From Candidatus Poribacteria bacterium (lineage in GTDB: Bacteria > Poribacteria > WGA-4E > WGA-3G): 64,000 nt of DNA. Below are positions 56,432 to 64,000 of this stretch, one piece after another (position 1 is the first letter of the stretch; each line of letters opens with the position of its first letter). The position numbers and the translations under genes are program-made. The notes beneath the pieces were generated by a model, which did not search any database, was not told the DNA's origin, and was given only the letters and a program-made list of their open reading frames with translations. Location: contig JAJDTM010000030.1 of NCBI GenBank assembly GCA_022827185.1, positions 179,769 to 243,768 of the forward strand, written 5' to 3'.

Positions 56432-58378
56432 TTGAAAAGTGAATTAACTTCAGAACCTTATAATTTCAGAAAACCCCCCGAACAAAATAGTCGAAACCTT
56501 AAGTTTGGCGCGTCATGGCGAGCAATCCTACTCGGCACTGTTCTTATCATCCCGAACATGTACTGGATTCTGGATTCCGCCGGGCAAGGGTATCCGACGA
56601 CTATTTCTCTCTATTTTAACGTCATTTTTTGCGTTTTTGCCATCACAGGTGTTAACCTCATCTTGGTCCGGGTAGCCCCTGGGATTGCTATGCAACAGGG
56701 TGAGTTGTTGACGGTTTACGTCATGCTGGCGATTGCGTCCTCATTGGCGGGTCATGATGTACTACGCGTCTTGATTCCGATGATTCCGTATGCGTTCTGG
56801 TACGCAACGCCAGAAAATGACTGGGCAGACCTGTTCCATCGGTATATCCCGGATTGGATGGCTGTCAAGGAGCGGCTTTTTTTAACGGAGTATTATCGCG
56901 GTGAGACAACCCTTTACCAATGGGAAACTGTCCAAGGCTGGTTCACGACAACGGTCGCTTGGGGTGGTTTCCTATGCGTGATGGTGTTCCTGATGGTGTG
57001 TATCAACAGTCTCGTCCGGAAACAGTGGACGGAGCATGAGAAGCTGAGTTATCCCATTATTCAGTTGCCGCTTGAATTAACGAGCGGTGGTCGCGCGAAC
57101 TTGTTGACAAATAAAATGATGTGGCTTGGGTTCGGGATTGCTGGTGCAATTGACATTCTCAATGGGCTTCACTATCTCTATCCGAGTGTGCCGAGTTTGG
57201 GTGGGAGGCTCTACGATTTACGTCCATTCTTTACACAGAAACCGTGGAGTGCAGTGGGTTGGACACCTATCGCTGTTTTTCCATTTGCAGTGGGTATCGC
57301 TTTCTTTATCCCGCTTGACTTGTCGTTTTCATGCTGGTTTTTCTATCTTTTTTGGAAGGTGGAGCGTGTCTTTGGAGATGCTCTGGGGGTGCGGGGCATG
57401 CCGAACTTCCCTTTCACGGATGAGCAGTCTTTCGGGGCATATCTCGGCTTATTTGTTATCGCGATTGTGGCGACACGAAAGCATCTCGCACAAGTTGGAC
57501 GTAAGTTGTTTAGAAACGACCCGCGTGTTGACGATTCGGACGAACCGATGTCCTATCGGGTGACGGTGTTAGGACTTATCGCAAGTCTTATCTTTATCGT
57601 CGGGTTCTGTAAAACAGCGGGCATGTCTATCTGGGTGATCCTCGTATTTTTTGGGATCTATTATGCCATCTCTACTGCGGTAACTCGAATGCGTGCGGAA
57701 CTCGGTTCGCCGGTGCACGACCTGCACTTTATTGGACCCGATGAGATGATGCCCCGTATCTTTGGAACGCGGCTGCTCGGTCCACACAACTTAACGATAA
57801 TGGCGTATCTCTTCTTTTTCAATCGTGCCTATCGCGGGCACCCGATGCCACATATCTTGGAGGGATTTAAATTAGCGGAACGGACGGGAATTTCCAATCG
57901 GCGGTTATTAATTGCGATGTGTATTGCGATTGTTATCGGTACGTTCGCTTCGTTCTGGGCATTCTATCATATCTCTTACATTGAAGGGGCGCGTGATTGG
58001 TTCGCGGGACGACCTTTCAATCGACTCCAGAGTTGGTTGACTTCGCCGAGAGCACCGGATGTGCCAGCGATTGTTGCGATGTGTATCGGGTTCCTGATTA
58101 CCGGGTTCCTGATGATAATGCGGATGCGACTTTTTTGGTGGCCCTTTCATCCTGCTGGGTTTGCCATCTCCAGCAGTTGGTCGATGAATGTGTTCTGGTT
58201 TTCGATCTTGGTGAGTTCGGTCATCAAATGGATTATTCTTCGGCACGGTGGTGTGAGTGCACACCGAAAACTGATTCCGTTCTTTCTCGGTCTAATCTTA
58301 GGCGAATTTATCGTCGGCAGCGTGTGGAGTATCATAGGGATTACGACGAACCAACCGATGTATCGATTCTTATTTTAA
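56432..58378 (+). CDS. large polytopic membrane protein (DUF6785-like)
   Basis: 648 aa with more than 12 predicted transmembrane helices. No catalytic motif recognised. Confidence 0.45.
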   Translation: MKSELTSEPYNFRKPPEQNSRNLKFGASWRAILLGTVLIIPNMYWILDSAGQGYPTTISLYFNVIFCVFAITGVNLILVRVAPGIAMQQGELLTVYVMLAIASSLAGHDVLRVLIPMIPYAFWYATPENDWADLFHRYIPDWMAVKERLFLTEYYRGETTLYQWETVQGWFTTTVAWGGFLCVMVFLMVCINSLVRKQWTEHEKLSYPIIQLPLELTSGGRANLLTNKMMWLGFGIAGAIDILNGLHYLYPSVPSLGGRLYDLRPFFTQKPWSAVGWTPIAVFPFAVGIAFFIPLDLSFSCWFFYLFWKVERVFGDALGVRGMPNFPFTDEQSFGAYLGLFVIAIVATRKHLAQVGRKLFRNDPRVDDSDEPMSYRVTVLGLIASLIFIVGFCKTAGMSIWVILVFFGIYYAISTAVTRMRAELGSPVHDLHFIGPDEMMPRIFGTRLLGPHNLTIMAYLFFFNRAYRGHPMPHILEGFKLAERTGISNRRLLIAMCIAIVIGTFASFWAFYHISYIEGARDWFAGRPFNRLQSWLTSPRAPDVPAIVAMCIGFLITGFLMIMRMRLFWWPFHPAGFAISSSWSMNVFWFSILVSSVIKWIILRHGGVSAHRKLIPFFLGLILGEFIVGSVWSIIGITTNQPMYRFLF

Positions 58379-58448
58379 AGTTTGAACGGACGGAGAGAAA
58401 ATGCCACAAGCAACCCGTGCTACTCTTTCTTGAGTATTGTGCGATTTA

Positions 58449-58928
58449 TTATGTCTTCGGTTTCGATAGCGGTTGGATGTAATGAATCTGCCTTGCGATT
58501 TCTGTAAAACCCATGGTCGGATAAAAACTTGCCCCTACCGGATTCTGCTCCAAAGTTTCAATACGGGCATAAAGCATCCCTTCCGACTGTAGATACGCTA
58601 ACGCTTTTTCGATCAGTTGTCTGCCGATACCGCGGCGTTGGAACTGCGGTAGCACAGCGAGGTTCGGAATACCACCAATCCGAGTCGCGTGATTAATTCG
58701 GGTTGTGATGTAACCAGCGATCTCGCCATCCACTTCTGCCACAAAAATCCCATCCGGGTTTGCTTCTGTATCGTCATCAATATGAGACATTTTGCGTTCC
58801 TTCCAGTCCATATCCCCAATACGTCCAAATCGGTCTTCAATATTTTTGTCTATAGACACTTTCTCGAAACAGATAGCGGTGATCTGTCGAAGGGTTTGCA
58901 GGTCGCTCGGTTTATAGTTCCGGATCAT
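58449..58928 (-). CDS. GNAT family N-acetyltransferase
   Basis: Acetyl-CoA motif QRRGIGRQL. Confidence 0.7.
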   Translation of the reverse strand: MIRNYKPSDLQTLRQITAICFEKVSIDKNIEDRFGRIGDMDWKERKMSHIDDDTEANPDGIFVAEVDGEIAGYITTRINHATRIGGIPNLAVLPQFQRRGIGRQLIEKALAYLQSEGMLYARIETLEQNPVGASFYPTMGFTEIARQIHYIQPLSKPKT

Positions 58929-59053
58929 CTTTTTCTCTCTTTTTATGGCGTTGTGCTACAAGGGAACGGCCTTTTTATCTGAGACGTACCTTGATATGTT
59001 ATACCATCTGAACATAAATTGCAAGTTTCTTCTGGGCCGCTCTGGATACAACC

Positions 59054-59083
59054 TTGACAATAGCATTGCATGTCAACTATAAT
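59054..59083 (+). promoter_or_regulatory. sigma70 promoter TTGACA-18-TATAAT upstream of the ribokinase gene
   Basis: ttgaca atagcattgcatgtcaac tataat. Confidence 0.45.
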
Positions 59084-59112
59084 TGTCAAAAATCGTTCTT
59101 TATAATACCAGT

Positions 59113-59154
59113 AAGTTTTGGCTTGTAAACTACGCCGATGCAGGTCGCATCTGG
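59113..59154 (+). repeat. conserved approximately 45-bp element (aagttttggcttgtaaactacgccgatgcaggtcgcatctgg) related to the 17799-17855 element
   Basis: Shares agttttYggcttgYaaRctacgccga … tgcag(g)tcgcat with 17799-17855. Confidence 0.55.
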
Positions 59155-59189
59155 GCGTTTACGCCGCAAAAAGGCAAGGATCAGTCGTG

Positions 59190-60128
59190 ATGAACCGTCC
59201 AACACCGAAAGTTACTGTCGTTGGCAGCCTGAATATTGATCTGGTATGCCACGCAACTCGGAGACCCGATAAAGGCGAAACGCTCATCGGTGATGCTTTT
59301 GATATTTTTACAGGCGGGAAAGGATTTAATCAGGCAACCGCCGCAGCACGGTTAGGTGCCGAAGTCACACTCGTCGGAAATGTCGGTACGGACCCATTTG
59401 CCGAGATACTACTCACCGCAGTAGAAAATGAACATATTAACAGCAGGTTTGTCACAAAACGTACAGACATCGGGACAGGCATAGCGACGATTGTCATTGA
59501 ACCGGATGGTGATAATAGCATCATCGTCGTACCGCGCGCAAATATGGCACTCACGACTGCTGATATAGATGCTGCCGTCGATTGCATCGCAGATGCAGAT
59601 GTACTCCTCTTACAATTGGAGACTCCGATTGCGGTATCCGAACACGCCGCAGCCATTGCGAAGCAACACGGTACAACAGTGGTGTTAAATCCGGCACCTG
59701 CGCAACCGTTGCCGGATAGTCTTTTGGGATTTGTCGATATTCTTACGCCGAACCAATCCGAAACGGAATTGCTGTCGGGAATGAAGATTAGCAGCCACGA
59801 AGCGGCACGCCGCGCAGCGAAGGCGTTGCGTGCGCGTATGGTGGATACTGCAAACACTGCTGTCGTGCTAACCCTCGGCGCGCAAGGGGCATTAATGCTA
59901 ACAGCGACAACATCCGAACATGTCTCCGCTCTGCCTGTCGAACCCGTAGATACCACAGGTGCTGGTGACGCATTTTGTGGCGCGCTCGCGACCGCCTTGG
60001 CAAGTGGTGAAACCCTACATCCAGCAGTTGCGTTTGCAAATGCCGCGGGTGCAGCGGCAGTCACTGTTATCGGTGCGACACCTTCCATGCCGACACGCGC
60101 AAAAATTGAACGTCTGTTAGAATCTTGA
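59190..60128 (+). CDS. rbsK: ribokinase (PfkB family sugar kinase)
   Basis: VVGSLNIDL and GGKGFNQA motifs, and the C-terminal GAGDAFCGALA. Confidence 0.8.
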   Translation: MNRPTPKVTVVGSLNIDLVCHATRRPDKGETLIGDAFDIFTGGKGFNQATAAARLGAEVTLVGNVGTDPFAEILLTAVENEHINSRFVTKRTDIGTGIATIVIEPDGDNSIIVVPRANMALTTADIDAAVDCIADADVLLLQLETPIAVSEHAAAIAKQHGTTVVLNPAPAQPLPDSLLGFVDILTPNQSETELLSGMKISSHEAARRAAKALRARMVDTANTAVVLTLGAQGALMLTATTSEHVSALPVEPVDTTGAGDAFCGALATALASGETLHPAVAFANAAGAAAVTVIGATPSMPTRAKIERLLES

Positions 60129-60184
60129 CAATAAAATTTTAGGATAGAAAAACCACATTGGACAGTCCACCAAAGGAAAACACA

Positions 60185-63142
60185 ATGAAAAAAATAGCCC
60201 TAAACCCCATATTTATAGTGGTAATTATAAGTTTAATATTCAACGCGTCTTTCTCACAAGTTACTATAGCAGAGGAAAAATGGGAAAAGAACATAAGAAA
60301 AGATTTTACAAAGGTCATACGAGAGAAAAAAAAGCCAGCCGAGAAACACCGCGAATTCATCCTCAAATGGCAGAAACAGGGACGCATTTCCACACTCCTG
60401 ACCCTTTATGACACAGAAAAAGAGAACCCTCAAGGACAGCAGCCTTCATCCCCTGCGATGGAGGCGGCGTTTTACTACGGTTTAGGCTACGTACACGCCC
60501 TTGAGGCTACGAAAGTCGGTGAGCCGTTTGATACAGCCGTTACCTATCTACAACATGCCCTCGAAATTCAACCCGACCTGTTTTGGGCACATTTCAACCT
60601 CGGTGGGATCCATCAACAACAAGGCGAAGACGCATCGGCACTTGCGGCATTTGAGGCTTGCGTCCGTTTGAACCCTAACTACTATCCGGTTTACTATCGC
60701 ATGGGTGAAATCCATCTGAAACAGCAGAATTACACAGCGGCACTTCAAGCCTTCGACACTGCGCGAAATTTAAATCGAAAATGGGAATACCCGCAATACG
60801 GTATCGGGTTAGTCTACTTCGCACAAGGTGAGATGGATCGCGCTCGCGAAATGTTTGAAAATATTACGCATCAAAAGAAAAAGTTCGCACCCGCTTATTT
60901 CAAACTTGGACAGGTCCTTGCTACACAAGGATTTTTCGACGATGCGTTGGAAGAGTACGCTAAAGGATCCAAGTATCAAGACTACTCAGGGCAGGTGCTT
61001 CACGAGTTGGCGGTTATCTTCAATGAAAAAGGTAATACAGATGGCGCGATTCAACTCTATCAACGCACAATTGCGGCTGAGCCTACCCATGCACAATCGC
61101 ATTTCGCACTCGGAGAAATCTTCTATACCAATGGAGACACCGAGACAGCACTACACCATTACCAACAAGCACTGTCCGTCATGCCAAGCTTCAAGGACGC
61201 CTTCTATGAACCTTTGGAACCTTACTTCGCAGGGTTGATAACACCCCAGCAAGCGATGCCACTTTTAGAGAAAGCGATGTTCGTCCTTCCTGACGATCCG
61301 CGCTCTTACTTTTATGCAGGTGCGGTTGAAGCCGATGCAGGTAACACCGAAAAAGCCATCCAACATTATGAGAAAACGCTTGAAATTATCGAAACGGACA
61401 CAAGTTATCTGCAACTTGAACTTCACTTGGGAAATTTCAACGATGTTTACTTCAACCTCGGTGAACTTCATCACCAACAGGGGGATGTGGACACAGCGGT
61501 AGGCTACTTTAAACGGGCATTGGCGTTGCATCCGGAGTTGGCAGATAGATTCATGGTGCAAGGACAACGCGCTTTCGACGCAGAAAACTATCAAGATGCT
61601 ATCGAACCGCTGAATATACATCTTCTACTATTTCCTGAAGATGTTAGTGCTACCTATCTCCTTGGACAAAGCTACGAGGCAAGCGGCAATACAGACAGCG
61701 CGATTACCTTTTATGAACGTACGCTGACATTAGACCCACAACGACCAGATGTGCTTTTCAAAATGGTCCACATTTATCGGGGACGCGAAGCGCATCAGCA
61801 AGTGGTTGATACGCTAAAGAGACTTATTGAGGTTGCACCTGAAACCACTGAAGCACACTATCTATTGGCACTGTCTTATCTTTCGCTACAGCAGCCCAAT
61901 GATGCTTTACCGGCACTTCTCGAAACTATTCGGTTAAGTCCTGACGATGTTGCAGCGCATTATCACACAGCGATCCTGTTTGAACAGAAGGGTGAGATAG
62001 ATAACGCAATCGTGCATTACGAGAAAACAATCACCCTTGATACGACACTGCTTGAAAACGATATCGGGCGTAGTTTGCAAACCCCGATACCAGGGGTTGA
62101 AGCAACAGAAGTGGAGCCCTTTTTCCGTCTCGGTGCAATCTATCGCCAACGCAACGATGAAGATAATATTATCCGCGTCTATCAACCCGCATTGGAGATT
62201 GAACCTGAACATCCTGAACTCCATCACCTCCTCGCCGTTATCTTTGAGAAACGGGACGAACGCGAGAACGCGATTCGCTACTACGGGTTGGCGAATCATT
62301 ACAATCCGGATAACTTCGATTGGCACTACAGTTACGCGCGGCTGCTCGATCAACATGCCGAAACGCTCGGTGACGACTATCATAAACATGCGGAAATGGC
62401 TGTTGAGGAATACACCGCAACTATTGCTCTGAATCCAACCTACGTGGATGCCTACTTCTATCGCGGAATGCTCACGCTTCGCTATAGGCAGATTGGCGAA
62501 ACACTTTATCGGTACAGCCAAATTTTAGAGGATTTCAAACAGGTGGCTGAACTCCAACCCAAAAACCGCGAGGCAAACTACCAAGTTGGTGTGATTTATC
62601 TCGAAATCGACCGGCATCAACTTGCGAAAGAGGTCTTTAAAAGTATGCTCTCTTATGCCCCTAAATATAGAGGCATCCATCTACATCTCGGCAAAATCGC
62701 AGAATGGGAACAGGTATGGAAGGAAGCAATCAAACACTACGAAGCGGAAGTCGCGCTTATTCAACAACCTGTTGAAAAAGGCGACGATATTGCCGCGAAG
62801 ACCTATCAACGTCTTGGAGACCTTTACTACGCGCATGCTTTGGATTACAACGCCGCGAAAGAGACCTTAGAGAAGGCGATTGCCTTAGATGACACCCACG
62901 TTCCAACGCTGCTGAGTTACGCGAATCATCTCTTCAGTATGGATCTACTCGGCGCAGCTGCGGAGCAGTTTGAACGCGTGATACAATTGGAGCCGGGCAA
63001 TTTGACGGCGAACTATAACCTCGCTTTGATGTATGAATACACTGAAAAACGCGAGCAGGCGAAAGCACAATGGAAACGCTTCCTTGAACTCAATCCACCG
63101 GAACAGTGGAAAATTGAGGCAGAAGAACATCTACGCCAGTAG
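60185..63142 (+). CDS. large TPR-repeat protein with signal peptide / transmembrane anchor
   Basis: More than 20 TPR-like units (AxxYYxLGxxxxxxGxxxxAIxxYxxALxLxP repeats). Confidence 0.7.
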   Translation: MKKIALNPIFIVVIISLIFNASFSQVTIAEEKWEKNIRKDFTKVIREKKKPAEKHREFILKWQKQGRISTLLTLYDTEKENPQGQQPSSPAMEAAFYYGLGYVHALEATKVGEPFDTAVTYLQHALEIQPDLFWAHFNLGGIHQQQGEDASALAAFEACVRLNPNYYPVYYRMGEIHLKQQNYTAALQAFDTARNLNRKWEYPQYGIGLVYFAQGEMDRAREMFENITHQKKKFAPAYFKLGQVLATQGFFDDALEEYAKGSKYQDYSGQVLHELAVIFNEKGNTDGAIQLYQRTIAAEPTHAQSHFALGEIFYTNGDTETALHHYQQALSVMPSFKDAFYEPLEPYFAGLITPQQAMPLLEKAMFVLPDDPRSYFYAGAVEADAGNTEKAIQHYEKTLEIIETDTSYLQLELHLGNFNDVYFNLGELHHQQGDVDTAVGYFKRALALHPELADRFMVQGQRAFDAENYQDAIEPLNIHLLLFPEDVSATYLLGQSYEASGNTDSAITFYERTLTLDPQRPDVLFKMVHIYRGREAHQQVVDTLKRLIEVAPETTEAHYLLALSYLSLQQPNDALPALLETIRLSPDDVAAHYHTAILFEQKGEIDNAIVHYEKTITLDTTLLENDIGRSLQTPIPGVEATEVEPFFRLGAIYRQRNDEDNIIRVYQPALEIEPEHPELHHLLAVIFEKRDERENAIRYYGLANHYNPDNFDWHYSYARLLDQHAETLGDDYHKHAEMAVEEYTATIALNPTYVDAYFYRGMLTLRYRQIGETLYRYSQILEDFKQVAELQPKNREANYQVGVIYLEIDRHQLAKEVFKSMLSYAPKYRGIHLHLGKIAEWEQVWKEAIKHYEAEVALIQQPVEKGDDIAAKTYQRLGDLYYAHALDYNAAKETLEKAIALDDTHVPTLLSYANHLFSMDLLGAAAEQFERVIQLEPGNLTANYNLALMYEYTEKREQAKAQWKRFLELNPPEQWKIEAEEHLRQ

Positions 63143-63147
63143 GACTT

Positions 63148-63816
63148 ATGGATATTAAGGACTTTGGCACAACGCTTCAGACTGCTCTTATCGGATGTAA
63201 GATTGAGCATTACCCGCAAGTCGCCTCCACCAATGATATTGCGATCGCGCGTGGAAAAACAGGCGCGGCAGAGGGAACGCTTATAATGGCGGAACACCAA
63301 ACTGCAGGTCGTGGAAGATACGGCAGAAAGTGGGAAGCACCGCCGGGCAAGTGCCTGCTCGTGTCAGTCGTGCTTAGACATCGACTGCTAAGCGATCAAG
63401 TTCCGCTCCCTAATTTCATCGGTGCAATTGCGATCGCACGTGCAATTCAAAAGACGCACGGACTTGACGCGCGGATTAAGCCACCGAACGATGTCCGCAT
63501 CAAAAAAAGGAAAGTGGCAGGGGTTCTAACAGAATTCGCATACGATGCCCAACAGCACCCGTTTTTTGTCTTAGGCTTCGGTGTGAATGTCAATATCGTA
63601 TCAGAGGATTTTCCACCTGAATTGCGTGAGACAGCGACCTCTGTTTGTATTGCGCGTGGGTATTCTGAAAATCAGAACACCGAGGTCTGCCGTGCTTCAT
63701 TACTGCGCGCGATCCTCTGCGAGTTAGAAGACACCTACCTGCAGCTGAAAGCAGGTGAGACGGACTTAATCATGAATCAGTTCAAAGAATTGCGAGAAGA
63801 TGAAGGTAGTTATTAG
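63148..63816 (+). CDS. birA: biotin--[acetyl-CoA-carboxylase] ligase (catalytic domain only; no N-terminal helix-turn-helix)
   Basis: GRGRYGRKW motif, and KIKPPNDV. Confidence 0.8.
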   Translation: MDIKDFGTTLQTALIGCKIEHYPQVASTNDIAIARGKTGAAEGTLIMAEHQTAGRGRYGRKWEAPPGKCLLVSVVLRHRLLSDQVPLPNFIGAIAIARAIQKTHGLDARIKPPNDVRIKKRKVAGVLTEFAYDAQQHPFFVLGFGVNVNIVSEDFPPELRETATSVCIARGYSENQNTEVCRASLLRAILCELEDTYLQLKAGETDLIMNQFKELREDEGSY

Positions 63817-64000
63817 TGCCTGTCTCCTCGGTGTCCGCTGCCGATACGACGGTGGCGACAGCCGAAATGAAACAGCCATAAAACAATTAGAAACAGTCAA
63901 ACTGATCCCTGTCTGCCCAGAAGAGGCAGGTGGGTTATCAACGCCGCGCCCACCCGCAGAAATCGTCGGTGGCGATGGGGAGGATGTGCTTGATGGTAAG
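63800..64000 (+). CDS. DUF523-family protein (partial, continues beyond the window)
   Basis: MKVVISACLLGVRCRYDGG…PVCPEEAGGLSTPRPPAE is characteristic of DUF523. Overlaps the birA stop. Confidence 0.55.
   Translation, partial: MKVVISACLLGVRCRYDGGDSRNETAIKQLETVKLIPVCPEEAGGLSTPRPPAEIVGGDGEDVLDGK

Overview
The window reads as a roughly 50% GC bacterial chromosomal segment. It uses canonical sigma70-type promoters (TTGACA-17-TATAAT) and AGGAGG-type ribosome-binding sites. No tRNA, rRNA or CRISPR array is seen.

The gene content points to an environmental heterotroph. It has many Gfo/Idh/MocA oxidoreductases, a DUF1080 3-keto-glycoside hydrolase, a PL10 pectate lyase and a sulfatase with a formylglycine-generating enzyme. 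It also has two phytanoyl-CoA dioxygenases, a TonB and TonB-dependent-receptor pair, and MoxR. Housekeeping genes include purF, purM, argG, eno, korAB, birA and a ribokinase. This profile resembles Planctomycetes-Verrucomicrobia-Chlamydiae-like or Poribacteria-like genomes, but I cannot assign a taxon from the sequence alone.

The locus also holds a split System I cytochrome c maturation set: ccmE (Cys-xxx-Tyr variant), ccmF and ccmH, then korAB, then ccmA and ccmB.

The main accessory signals are:
(i) a 1006-aa orphan ORF with a putative primase-polymerase-like N-terminus, a Cys cluster and a C-terminal winged helix, flanked by about 0.5-kb structured AT-rich non-coding arms;
(ii) a solo TnpB element (IS200/IS605 family, IS1341-like) inserted between ccmE and ccmF;
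(iii) a family of at least five 90-175 bp elements that resemble miniature inverted-repeat transposable elements (MITEs). They have TAGGACTTACGCA-like terminal inverted repeats and 0-3 copies of an internal 34-bp CCCCCT/AGGGGG hairpin module, and they are wedged between sugar-metabolism genes;
(iv) a second cis-element family built from AGTTATC heptad arrays and a TTGGCTATCGGCTATT box, sitting directly upstream of several genes;
(v) a single-polypeptide fusion of a minimal nucleotidyltransferase and a HEPN domain;
(vi) tandem TonB paralogs with near-identical 5' halves;
(vii) a standalone FliG C-terminal-domain homolog that is translationally coupled to purM.
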